Assembly (NCBI GenBank): GCA_964016885.1 | Contig: OZ024759.1 | Coordinates: 5,146,001-5,210,000 of the forward strand | Length of the DNA: 64,000 nucleotides | Direction of reading: 5' to 3' | Source of the DNA: Eledone cirrhosa | Lineage: Eukaryota | In this document: one piece after another, positions 12,601-25,340 of the stretch | Numbering within the stretch: the first letter of the stretch is position 1 | How the letters are laid out: each line of letters begins with the position of its first letter | The notes under the pieces: model-generated | Database searches by the model: none | What the model was told of the DNA's origin: nothing | Seen by the model: only the letters and a program-made list of their open reading frames with translations | Position numbers and translations under genes: made by a program

Positions 12601-13850
12601 CGACTTGAACGGGAAGCGAAATACCGTCTCCATTGATCGTTTAAAAAAAGCGTTCATACAACAGGAATTGCCACCAGTACCCACCGTTTCTCCAGCAGAC
12701 TCACCAACAACTTTGCCCGACACAAACACGGCAAATTCTGCACAACCCCGACACACCAAATCCGGAAGAACAGTCCGATGGCCCACGCCATGGGATACGT
12801 ACAAGTTTATCGGGTAAGTACAAATTATGCATCTGGTCGACATTTTGGCTAATTTGTACATTTCAACGAATCGGCCAATTTCTGTGGTCATGAACTATTG
12901 CTACACACAAATCAATTAACTCTGTGCATCACCCACATCAAAAGAACAGACAAAAGAACATTTTCCCGTTTCTATGAAATGAACGAACTTTTAATCAACA
13001 AACTTTTCGTACGAACATTTTCAATATTATGTAACATCACAGTACATTTTCCTGCATGTAAATTTCTTTTGGTTTGCATGTTTTCTTTCATGTCTCCTGT
13101 TTGTAAATGACTTTCATGTGTTTTTTTATTTTTACTGATTTTCTTCAACAACACACCTAGTCATACCTATCTTCATTTCACATGCACCTAGATCGTTCAA
13201 TCTTAACTTGTTTACGCTCAAGAGACTAACCCCTTGGGAGAGGCTAAACGCAGGTCAGAGGTGTTTATGCCTGACAGAAAATAGGTCAGAGGATATATCC
13301 ATCTTTATGACTTGTTTACGCTTGGCAAACTAATCCCTTGGGAGACTAACCAAAGTTTAGAGGATATATCTATCCTTCTAAATTCTACTCTTATAAATAC
13401 AGGGATTGTTTACGCCAAAAACAGAAAAGAAGTGGGATACAGACAAGACAAGACGTTTTACAAGCTCTCGTCACGAAAAAACAGTCTACCACTTATTCTC
13501 ACCTTCCTGGCTGATCGCTGACTCCTGCAATACAAATAAGTAAATATACTGATACGCCGCACACACACATTCATAGTGAGTCCAGCATTTGTACACGTAT
13601 CATTCATTTCTGTTTACACGTATTATAATCGTATTCTGTGATATTTGAATTTACGTGGCTTGAAGAGCCACCAAATTATTGTATGAATATTTTGTGTCAA
13701 TTATTTTATCATTCAATATTCAAATTGAATATTGTTGTAATAAAATAAACTTTGTAACAACACTCCTGGTATTTTTCTTTACACCGAAACCACCATACCA
13801 ACAGTTACATCCATCGTTGTCGTTACAACCACACATAATATTCCGTTACA
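9616..13850 (+). mobile_element. Gypsy/Ty3 LTR retrotransposon, internally deleted
   Basis: 5' LTR 9616-10017 (TATAACGG...CCGTTACA); PBS TGGTGACCCCG at 10020-10030 (tRNA-Trp type); gag start at 10070; pol with RT (YIDD), RNase H and integrase at about 10200-12817; 3' LTR about 13208-13850. Confidence 0.95.
10198..12817 (+). pseudogene. Gypsy pol (RT-RNase H-integrase) with one in-frame stop and one frameshift
   Basis: ORFs 10168-11802, 11806-12588 and 12398-12817. TGA at 11800 replaces the first Cys of the integrase CxxC; D-D-E motifs are present (HIDIVGP, TDRG, GMVER). Confidence 0.9.
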
Positions 13851-13991
13851 CCTCCGTCTATATTTCAACCACTGGAACAACCTCACACAAGAAACAGTTG
13901 TCGCACCTTCAGTCAACATTTTAATGTCAAACATCGAAATAAATGTTATGAGTGTATATAGATAGATGTATATTGTGTGTGTGTATATATA

Positions 13992-14150
13992 CAGTAATCC
14001 CCCGCTATATCGCGGTTCACTTTTCACGGTCCCGTTACATAGCGGATATTTCTTTGGAACGTATCTAATTTCCTATCGCGGTAATCCTCGCCACATCGCG
14101 GATTATTCGTTAGAACATATCTATTTTCTTATCGCGGTACGTCTGAGTAA
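13992..14150 (+). mobile_element. Tigger/pogo-like DNA transposon end
   Basis: TA|CAGTAATCCCCGCTATATCGCGG terminal motif with repeated ATCGCGG; no second end found. Confidence 0.5.
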
Positions 14151-14587
14151 AAAGTGTTTAAAATTTAAACTTATTAAATAAGTTTCGATGTTATTAAAGA
14201 GTATATCGTAAGGAAGGGACATCTTAAGGCTTTAATTATGAACAAATGTTTATATTTTCATTCCATTATTGTTTTACTGATTGTGTTTTGCTCTAATCTA
14301 CTATAAACCCTTCATAGATTGGTCTCTCTGTAACATGGTTGTTTCTGGAACGTATCATGGCTTAGTGGTTAAAGCATTGGGCTTGCAATCTAAAGGTTGT
14401 GAGTTCGATTCTCGGACAGGGTGTTGTGTTGTGTCCTTGAGCAAGACACTTTATTTCGCGTTACTCCAGTTTACTCAGCTGTAGAAATGAGTTGTGATGT
14501 CACTGGTGCCAAGCTATATCAGTCATAACCTTTCTCTTGGACATATATATAGTGTATATATACTGTACACAGTGTATATATATGTAT

Positions 14588-16110
14588 ATCATCATCACTG
14601 TTTTACGTCCCTTCTTCCATGGTAGTATGGGTTAGACAGGTTGTCCTGTTGTGGGCAGTGCCAGGTAGGGTGACCTTGTCTTGCTCAGATGGGAACCGAT
14701 TTAGGCTTGATTTCTACAGCTGGATGCCCTTCCTAACACCAACCTCACAGTGAGTGATGGGTGCTTTTTTGTTGTGACACCTCCACGGCCACTTTACAGT
14801 GAGTGGGCTGGGGCATATTGTCTATCTGCTTCAGCTTGTACCCAGGGGCTACAACACAACCTCCTCTGCTGCACACAGCATTTGATTCCTCTTATGTTCA
14901 GTCTCTCTCTCAATTTGTTAATGCTTTACCATTCGCGTATATTACTATTACACGTCCATCGGAGCATGCAAGCTTCGTTTCTTTCTAATCTACGCAAGTC
15001 TTCTACAGACAGTGCCCAGGTCTCACTACCATGTAGCATTGCTGTTCGTATGCACGCATCATACTGTCTGCCTTTCATTTTGAGGGAAAAGCCTTTTGCA
15101 GCTAGCAATGGCAGTAGCTCCCTAAACTTCTTCAATCCTGTTACTGTACTTTCAGAACACCCACCTCCGCTGCTCATTTCGTCACCTAGGTGGCAAAAGC
15201 AGTCTACTGTTTCTACAGATCTCTCCCAGAGTTTGGTGGTGCTTGTTTCTTTAGTTCTGCCATAGATTCAGCTATAAGTGTAAGATCATCCGCATATAGG
15301 AGTTCCTATGGGCATCAGGTCGTAAACTCCTCTGTTATAGCCTGCATTACTATTATAAACAGAAGAAGGTTAAGAACAGAGCCCTGGTGGACACCGACCT
15401 GTATGCTAAATTCCCCGCTATAGTCATTGTTAACTCTTTGCTGACTGCTCCCCTATACATGGCTTGTACAGCTTTCACAAGCCACTAATCTACTCTTAGT
15501 TTTCTAAGAGCCCACCAGATTATAGCACGGAGCACTCTGTTGAAGAACTTTTCCTTATCGACAAGAGCCAGGTAGAGCGGCTTGCTTTTAGCTAGGTACT
15601 TTACCTGTAACTGCCTCACAAGGAAGAGAGCATCAGTGGTGCTTTTTCCTGGCACAAGCCCAAACTGCATCTCACCTAGTTTTACCCACTCCCTGATCAA
15701 CTGTGCTATGACTCTTTCGATTACTTTCATGACCTGGTCCATCAGCTTCATACCTCTATAGTTTATTCTATCTAGTGCATCTACTTTACCCTTGTAGCAG
15801 TTGACGATGATGTGCTGCACCAATCATTTGGTATGACACCCTCCAGTATTACCTGGTTAACAATATGTGTGGTTATTCCTTTATCTACCCATTTGTCAGC
15901 TAATAGTATACCTACACCACCCATCCCATTGTCATTTCCCACCCAGAAAAATTTATAGCACTAACTTTTGCCTACAAGGACTCTAGCGAACTCTCCTCTC
16001 CACCTAGTCTCTTGCACACAGCATACGTCAATATCCTTTCACTCTAGCATGTCTATAATTTCTCCTTCCCTTCCTTTCATTGTGCTTATGTTGATGCTGC
16101 CGACTCAGAG
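14588..16110 (-). mobile_element. Heavily deleted RTE LINE (same family as 5610-9145)
   Basis: Abutting fragments of endonuclease, RT and 3' UTR with internal deletions. Confidence 0.9.
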
Positions 16111-16302
16111 TTTTGGACATTTGCCATCATTTGTGGGAAAAGGTGAATTTTTGCAGGGGAGTGTGTATGCTTCCTGTCTCTGAATTAAAGCTTTGCATGG
16201 GTGCTTGGTAACTCGCGGATTCATATTCATTTATTTATTCGGGTTGTTCCATTTATCCTTCGCTTCTCCATACATAACAGTAATCAAGTATACTTTGGTG
16301 CA

Positions 16303-16797
16303 GGGCTAGAAGGACAGTAGTAGTAATGACAGAGTTTGTTGGGGTTGGTAACGGCTAGAAGGACAGTAGTAGAAATGGCAGAGTTTGTTGGGGCTGGTAA
16401 GGGCTAGAAGGAGAGTAGTAGTAATGGCAGTGTTTGTTGGGGCTGGTAAGGGGTAGAAGGACAGTAGTAGTAATGACAGAGTTTGTTGGGGCTGGTAAGG
16501 GCTAGAAGGACAGTAGTAGTAATGGCAGTGTTTGTTGGGGCTGGTAAGGGCTAGAAGGACAGTAGTAGTAATGGCAGAGTTTGTTGGGGCTGGTAATGGC
16601 TAGAAGGACAGTAGTAGTAATGGCAGAGTTTGTTGGGGCTGGTAAGGGCTAGAAGGACAGTAGTAATAATGGCAGAGTTTGTTGGGGCTGGTAAGGGCTA
16701 GAAGGACAGTAGTAATAATGGCAGAGTTTGTTGGGGCTGGTAACGGCTAGAAGGACAGTAGTAGTAATGGCAAAGTTTGTTGGGGCTGGTAATGGGT
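16303..16797. repeat. 49-bp minisatellite, about 10 copies
   Basis: Unit GGGCTAGAAGGACAGTAGTAGTAATGGCAGAGTTTGTTGGGGCTGGTAA. Confidence 0.95.
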
Positions 16798-17692
16798 AAG
16801 GACATGTTGCTGAGGTTTGATTGGTCAAATAGCCAATGGTGGTGAGTGGGAAATTGTGAGATAGGTAGCCATCATGACATATATCATCACAGGAGATTCG
16901 GGGGAAATAAGCAGATATAAGTAGGCATATTAGAAAAGGCAGATATGCAAGAATTTCGAAGATTGTCACCTAGCTTTGAAAGAAAGGAGAGGTAATTGCA
17001 GGGGTTAGGGATGAGTTCGTAGAGAAAGACACAATGTCCAACATAGTTTATATCAAAACAAGGTCGAAGTATATACATTGTGGAAACAAGTGAATGATAA
17101 TAATAATAATAATGTAAACAGAACATTTTGAAATTGGGGAAGAGAGATAGCTGTAGAATAGAAATAATCTATGGAAGTCTGGGATATAAGTTATATATAT
17201 ATATGTTGTGATGTCACTTGTGCCAAGCTGTATCAGCCATTGCCTTTCCCTTGGACAACATATATAGCGTATAATATATATTGTACACATCGTATATATA
17301 CTATATATATTGTGTATATATACTGTAGACAGTGTATATATGATATATATATAGTATATATATATGTAGTGATGTAACTGGTACCAAGCTGTATCAGCTA
17401 TTACCTTTCCCTTGGACAACATCGGTGGCGTGGAGAGGGTAGACTGGTATACTTGGGTGACTGCTGGTCTTCCTCAAACAACTGGACTTGTGCCTCAGAA
17501 GGGAACTTTCTAGTTGCAAATCACATGGTCATTCTTGACCGACAGAGGTCTTCGATATGTTAGGTGTGTATATATAGATGTGTATTGATGTCCATGTGGG
17601 AGTCATTGATACCAATGCTAGGGATGGCTGGTCTTCTATATTACTGTATAACACCAAAGATCTCGATCCTGTGTCATTGTCTTAGAGAAGTG

Positions 17693-20600
17693 CAATTGTG
17701 TGAGGTCAGCTGTTATCACCTCATCCCAGGTCTTCCTACTTCATATCTTCCATCAATTGTGTGAGGTCAGCTTTTATCACCTCATCCCAGGTCTTCCTAC
17801 TTCATAGCTTCCATCAATTGTGTCAGCTCAGCTATTATCACCTCATCCCAGGTCTTCCTACTCCATAGCTTCCATCAATTGTGTCAGGTCAGCTGTTATC
17901 ACCTCATCCCAGGTCTTCCTACTTCATAGCTTCCATCAATTGTGTGAGGTCAGCTATTATCACCTCATCCCAGGTCTTCCTACTCTATAGCTTCCATCAA
18001 TTGTGTCAGGTCAGCTTTTATCACCTCATCCTAGGTCTTCCTACTTCATAGCTTCCATCAATTGTGTGAGGTCAGCTTTTATCACCTCATCCCAGGTCTT
18101 CCTACTTCATAGCTTCCATCAATTGTGTCAGGTCAGCTGTTATCAACCCATCCCAGGTCTTCCTTCTCTATAGCTTCCATCAATTGTGTCAGGTCAGCTT
18201 TTATCACCTCATCCCAGGTCTTCCTACTTCATAGCTTCCATCAATTGTGTTAGGTTAGCTTTTATCACCTCATCCCAAGTCTTCCTTCTCTATAGCTTCC
18301 ATCAATTGTGTCAGGTCAGCTTTTATCACCTCATCCTAGGTCTTCCTACTTCATAGCTTCCATCAATTGTGTCAGGTCAGCTTTTATCACCTCATCCCAG
18401 GTCTTCCTACTTCATAGCTTCCATCAATTGTGTGAAGTCAGCTTTTATCACCTCAGACTAGGTATTTTTACTCCATAGCTTCCATCAGTTGTGTGAGGTC
18501 AGCTTTTATCACCTCATCCCAGGTCTTCCTACTCCATAACTTCCATCAATTGTGTGAGGTCAGCTTTTATCACCTCAAACTAGGTCTTCCTACTTCATAG
18601 CTTCCATCAATTGTGTAAGGTCAGCTTTTATCACCTCATCCCAGGTCTTCCTACTCCATAGCTTCAATCAATTGTGTCAGGTCAGCTTTTATCACCTCAT
18701 CCCAGGTCTTCCTACTTCATAGCTTCCATCAATTGTGTCAGGTCAGCTTTTATCACCTCATCCCAGGTCTTCCTACTCTATAGCTTCCATCAATTGTGTA
18801 AAGTCAGCTTTTATCACCTCATCCCAGGTCTTCCTACTTCATAGCTTCCATCAATTGTGTGAAGTCAGCTTTTATCACCTCAGACTAGGTCTTCGTACTC
18901 TATAGCTTCCATCAATTGTGTCAGGTCAGCTTTTATCACCTCAAACTAGGTCTTCCTACTCCATAGCTTCCATCAATTGTGTGAGGTCAGCTTTTATCAC
19001 CTCAAACCAGGTCTTTTTACTCCATAGGTTCCATCAATTGTGTAAGGTCAGCTTTTATCACCTCATCCCAGGTCTTCCTACTTCATAGCTTCCATCAATT
19101 GTGTCAGGTCAGCTGTTATCAACCCATCCCAGGTCTTCCTTCTCTATAGCTTCAATCAATTGTGTCAGGTCAGCTTTTATCACCTCATCCCAGGTCTTCC
19201 TACTTCATAGCTTCCATCAATTGTGTTAGGTTAGCTTTTATCACCTCATCCCAAGTCTTCCTTCTCTATAGCTTCCATCAATTGTGTCAGGTCAGCTTTT
19301 ATCACCTCATCCTAGGTCTTCCTACTTCATAGCTTCCATCAATTGTGTCAGGTCAGCTTTTATCACCTCATCCCAGGTCTTCCTACTTCATAGCTTCCAT
19401 CAATTGTGTGAAGTCAGCTTTTATCACCTCAGACTAGGTATTTTTACTCCATAGCTTCCATCAGTTGTGTGAGGTCAGCTTTTATCACCTCATCCCAGGT
19501 CTTCCTACTCCATAACTTCCATCAATTGTGTGAGGTCAGCTTTTATCACCTCAAACTAGGTCTTCCTACTTCATAGCTTCCATCAATTGTGTAAGGTCAG
19601 CTTTTATCACCTCATCCCAGGTCTTCCTACTCCATAGCTTCAATCAATTGTGTCAGGTCAGCTTTTATCACCTCATCCCAGGTCTTCCTACTTCATAGCT
19701 TCCATCAATTGTGTCAGGTCAGCTTTTATCACCTCATCCCAGGTCTTCCTACTCTATAGCTTCCATCAATTGTGTAAAGTCAGCTTTTATCACCTCATCC
19801 CAGGTCTTCCTACTTCATAGCTTCCATCAATTGTGTGAAGTCAGCTTTTATCACCTCAGACTAGGTCTTCGTACTCTATAGCTTCCATCAATTGTGTCAG
19901 GTCAGCTTTTATCACCTCAAACTAGGTCTTCCTACTCCATAGCTTCCATCAATTGTGTGAGGTCAGCTTTTATCACCTCAAACCAGGTCTTTTTACTCCA
20001 TAGGTTCCATCAATTGTGTAAGGTCAGCTTTTATCACCTCATCCCAGGTCTTCCTACTTCATAGCTTCCATCAATTGTGTCAGGTCAGCTGTTATCAACC
20101 CATCCCAGGTCTTCCTTCTCTATAGCTTCCATCAATTGTGTCAGGTCAGCTTTTATCACCTCATCCCAGGTCTTCCTACTTCATAGCTTCCATCAATTGT
20201 GTTAGGTTAGCTTTTATCACCTCATCCCAAGTCTTCCTTCTCTATAGCTTCCATCAATTGTGTCAGGTCAGCTTTTATCACCTCATCCTAGGTCTTCCTA
20301 CTTCATAGCTTCCATCAATTGTGTCAGGTCAGCTTTTATCACCTCATCCCAGGTCTTCCTACTTCATAGCTTCCATCAATTGTGTAAGGTCAGCTTTTAT
20401 CACCTCCTCCCAGGTCTTCCTACTTCATAGCTTCCATCAATTGTGTGAAGTCAGCTTTTATCACCTCAGACTAGGTATTTTTACTCCATAGCTTCCATCA
20501 GTTGTGTGAGGTCAGCTTTTATCACCTCATCCCAGGTCTTCCTACTCCATAACTTCCATCAATTGTGTGAGGTCAGCTTTTATCACCTCAAACTAGGTCT

Positions 20601-21233
20601 TCCTACTTCATAGCTTCCATCAATTGTGTAAGGTCAGCTTTTATCACCTCATCCCAGGTCTTCCTACTCCATAGCTTCAATCAATTGTGTCAGGTCAGCT
20701 TTTATCACCTCATCCCAGGTCTTCCTACTTCATAGCTTCCATCAATTGTGTCAGGTCAGCTTTTATCACCTCATCCCAGGTCTTCCTACTCTATAGCTTC
20801 CATCAATTGTGTAAAGTCAGCTTTTATCACCTCATCCCAGGTCTTCCTACTTCATAGCTTCCATCAATTGTGTGAAGTCAGCTTTTATCACCTCAGACTA
20901 GGTCTTCGTACTCTATAGCTTCCATCAATTGTGTCAGGTCAGCTTTTATCACCTCAAACTAGGTCTTCCTACTCCATAGCTTCCATCAATTGTGTGAGGT
21001 CAGCTTTTATCACCTCAAACCAGGTCTTTTTACTCCATAGGTTCCATCAATTGTGTAAGGTCAGCTTTTATCACCTCATCCCAAGTCTTCCTACTTCATT
21101 GCTTCCATCAATTGTGTCAGGTCAGCTTTTATCACCTCATCCCAGGTCTTCCTACTTCATAGCTTCCATCAATTGTGTCAGGTCAGCTATTATCACCTCA
21201 TCCCAGGTCTTCCTACTTCATAGCTTCCATCAA
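17693..21233. repeat. 61-bp satellite, about 58 monomers, with a 976-bp higher-order repeat
   Basis: Unit CAATTGTGTCAGGTCAGCTTTTATCACCTCATCCCAGGTCTTCCTACTTCATAGCTTCCAT; diagnostic variants recur every 976 bp. Confidence 0.97.
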
Positions 21234-21336
21234 ATTTATAAAATGCTTGAAAACAACTTAGAAAAAATGTTACTCAAAATCAAAATTTAATCCCAAAGAG
21301 AGGAAATTGGAACATTATCCACTGAAAGTTGCTTAA

Positions 21337-21805
21337 CCCTTTAGTGTCCAAACCAGCCAAAACTGGCCAGAATTCTCTACCTCTTTCTGTTGAAACTGGC
21401 TGTAACTGGTCGCTCAGACTGATGTTAAGGTATTGTTCTCAAAATAAATACTTTCAAAATCTGATAGATTCAATATTATGTGAGATAAAGCCTTTACCAT
21501 GAAAATATAATAGTATATATAAAATAATGTGAATGCTAAAGGGTTAACCCTTTAACATTTAAACCGGCAATAACTGGCCAGAGTTCTGTCCTCTTTTTCT
21601 TTTTAAACCACTCGTAACTGGCCACTCATACTGATGTTAAAGTATTGTTCTCAATATAAATAATATCAGATTCGATATTATGTGAGGTAAAGACTTTGCC
21701 ATGGAAATATAATAGTATATATAGAGTAATGTAAATGTTATGTGAGATAAAGACATTACCATGGAAATATAATAGTATATATAGAATAATGTAAATGTTA
21801 AAGGC
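21337..21805. mobile_element. Two tandem piggyBac-type MITEs sharing one TTAA
   Basis: TTAA|CCCTTTA...TAAAGGG|TTAA|CCCTTTA...TAAAGGC|TTAA. Other copies at about 2950-3228, 51413-51570, 51583-54288 (split) and 59588-59794. Confidence 0.8.
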
Positions 21806-23405
21806 TTAAACCCTGAAGAAAGGACTTTTAGGTCCCGAAATATTGGACAGATAAAAGAACAACAACAAAAAAACAAAACAAAGATTACCAGGTAACTTTT
21901 ACTTTTCCTTACCTCATCTTATTGTCCATTTTGCATTGTTTAGCCTTCTATCTCTTTCAACGTTATATTTTATATAGAATGCTTCAAACAAACTACAACA
22001 TTTAATTATATATCATCATCATCATCTTCAATTAACGTCCATCTTCCACACTAGCATGTGTTAGACGGGTCCCATTTAGAGGCAAGTGTGGGCTGGATGC
22101 TTTTTTGCTGTCTTCTACACGTCCAGTGTGGGTGAGATATATATATATGTGTATGTATATATCATCACCATTTAGCGTCCATTTTTCCATTCTTGCATGG
22201 GTTAGACGGGTCATCCACGCCAGGAGGCAAGTCTGGCCAGGGTTGGCCATGTGTCGCACCTTGCTCAGGTGAGGTCTGTAAATTTGGTGGGGTACTTTAC
22301 AGCTGGATTCCCTTCCTAACATCAACCATGTTTACAGTGTGGAACTGGATGGCTCTGTTATGAGGAGGGACAGGCCAGTTGGCTGCACTGAACTCGTCTC
22401 ACAGTGGAACTATAATTTTGGGGGCCTGGTACTGGGTGGTACCACTGTGAGGAGGGGTAGCCAGTCAGCTGCTCCAAACTCATCTCACGAGGTTACCACA
22501 GTTTTGGGGCCCTGTACTAGATGATCCCGCTATAGTGATGGTGTAGCTAGTTTATATGAATAAGTAAATCTGACGCAGGTATATTTCTACAGTTTACCAA
22601 TGTACCGTACTTACTGGCGCCAATGACGACCAATTTTTGAAAAAAAAATAATAATCAACCTTCGGCCTCCAGGACATATGGTAGATATTTTGGACTTATA
22701 TTAGGGAAAAAGTAATGTCTTTGATGCTAGGAAATATGGTGAAAATGTAAAATTTCCACTGTTAAATCTATCCCTGCATTTTAAGTATTCTCTATTATCT
22801 CATACTGTTACTTTCTTATAAGTCCTATAAGAATGCATTTTTTGCTAAACTGCCATAGAGCAGACCTCTGAAATGATAGAAGGATATAATTTATAGAGCA
22901 TGCTGGAATACCACTGCTTACATTGGAGAGAATTTCTCTGGACAGAATGTTGATATCTACAGTTTACCAATATAGAAATATAACATTTCCACTGTTAAAT
23001 CTATCTCTGCTTCTAAAGTATTCTCTATTATCTCATACTGTTTCTTTCTTATTTCAGAATATCAGATGACATTGGGATAAATTATTATTTTCAATCTTGG
23101 ATACATCATCTCTATTTATCATCATTTGAAGACTAAAACCTTCTAAACAGAACTTATATAACACTGTTTATATAAATCTATAGTTCAATTACTGTGAAAT
23201 ATTTCCTCAAAACTGAGTTTATTTTCTTCACTATAAGATGGTTTTGTATTTTAACTAAACTTGGATGAAACAGAAGTTTGTATTATCTTCAGATATTAAC
23301 TGAAATCACAGTTGAGGGAAATATAGAAGAATATTTTATAAGAAATATAATATAAAAAATATTACAAGAAAAACATCTGTATATTCTGTTGAAGAAGAAA
23401 TCATT

Positions 23406-24120
23406 ATGCCAAATAAATTGACAAAGAAGATTAAATGTGAAACACAATCTAAAGTGTTTAGTATTGCTGGTGAGATGACAAAGGTTAGAGAAGAGAAGCC
23501 ATATCACTGTGATATCTGTGATAAATCATTCTCTCAAAGTGGTACCTTAACTACTCACAAACGTATACATACAGGAGACAAGCCATATCACTGTGATATC
23601 TGTGGTATATCATTCTCTGGGAAAAGTAGCCTAACTACTCACAAATGTATACATGCAGAAGAGAAATCATAATGCATTGACATCAGTGATAAATCCTTCT
23701 CTCAAATTTGTGAATTAATGAGAATACAAATACATATCATTGTAACATCTTAGGGAAATCCTTCTCTTTGAATGTTACATTAACTACACACACACATATA
23801 CATACAGCTGGGAAGCCATATCACTTTGATATATTTGGTACATCATTCTCTAAATGTTGTGGCTTCACTAGACACCAACATCTACAGGAGAGGAACCATA
23901 TCACTGTGATGTCTGTGATAAATCCTTCTCTAAATGTTGTGGTTTCACTAGACACCAACATATACATACAGGAGAGGAACCATATCACTGTGATGTCTGT
24001 GATAAATCCTTCTCTAAATGTTGTGGTTTAATTAGACACTAACATATACAGGAGAGGAACTATATCACTGTGATGTCTGTGGTACATCTTTCTCTTATAA
24101 AGATTACTTAATGCAACACA
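23406..24120 (+). pseudogene. Decayed tandem C2H2 zinc-finger gene
   Basis: [38 protein letters not shown]..., followed by fingers with stops, frameshifts and lost Cys/His. Confidence 0.85.
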
Positions 24121-24219
24121 ATTAGATAAAAACCATGTCACTCACCTAAAATAGTGCCATCAATGTTGTTAATATTTTGAATAAACCTGTTTTACTAAGA
24201 AATTCTCCTTTCATTTTAT

Positions 24220-25340
24220 GTCTGTACAAACACAGTCTTCTCTCTTACACACCACTTCAGCTCACTCTTAAACCCAGCTTCTTCTTCAACTTGTCCAAGC
24301 TCTCCCTTTCTCTCACACTTACACAACATATCCTACAAAGCATGGTTGTTTCATATCTCTCCAGTCTACATAACCTCTGCAGTCACAGCCCTTATTTCGT
24401 TACCATGCATCATTGCATATCACCCACATGTGTCATACAGTTGTCCTTTTGTACAGAGAGAGAGAAACCTTTTGTGGTCAACTGTTGCAGTAGCTCTCTA
24501 AACTTTTTCCATCCTATCCTTATTCTAGCTATACATCTTTCAGAGCAGCCCCCTCCACTTCTAATTAACTCACCTAGATTGCAAAATATATTTGTCAGCA
24601 TACTTTATGAAGGGTCTGTTTGGAAGTGCCTCGCCTAATAAACAATGGTGCCATAACTGGACTCAGAAACCAATGGTCACACATACATGGTAAGTTAGCT
24701 AAGAACGTAGGTTTTACATTGGTTCACTGCGCTGGAGAAGTAAGCAGCAATCACGTTTAGGAGACAAGCTCTATCAAATATTTAAAGGGTTCCATAGAAG
24801 CAGTTGACAGTTTCTGTTACCTGGGGTATCAAATAAGCAGTGGAGGTAGGTGTTCTGAAAGTACAGTAACAAGAGTAAGAACAAGATGGCAGAGGTTTAG
24901 GGTGTTACTACTGCTGCTAGCTACAAAAGGTTGTTTCACCAAATTGATGTGTGCATATAAAGAGCAATGCTGCATTGCAGTGAGGACCCCAGAAGATTGG
25001 ATAGAAATGAAGCTTGAATTCTCCGATGGATGTGTAATATTAATATACATGAAGGGGAAAGTGTAAATAAACTGAGAGAGAACCTGGGCATGAGAGGGAA
25101 AAGATACAGTATGCAGGAGAGGAGATTGCTGTGGTATGGACATGTGATGTGTATGAAGGTAGAGATGCTGTATAAAAGGTTGACCACTTGAAATTGATGG
25201 AAGAGGAAGACCTAGGAATGCTTGGGATGTGGAGGTAAAAACTGACCTGACACCATTGTACCTCTCAAAGGTGATGACACAGGATTGAAATCTCTGGCAT
25301 TATACAGTACTGCAGGAGACCTGCATTCCCATGTGCACGG
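24220..25340. mobile_element. Two old RTE RT/C-terminal fragments in opposite orientation
   Basis: SGGGCSE..ARIRIGWKKFRELL on the minus strand (24220-24600) and homologous sequence on the plus strand (24790-25340). Confidence 0.75.

Noticed and set aside
17693-21233. CRISPR-like array
   Set aside because: The monomers are contiguous with no unique spacers, there are no cas genes and the context is eukaryotic; it is a satellite.
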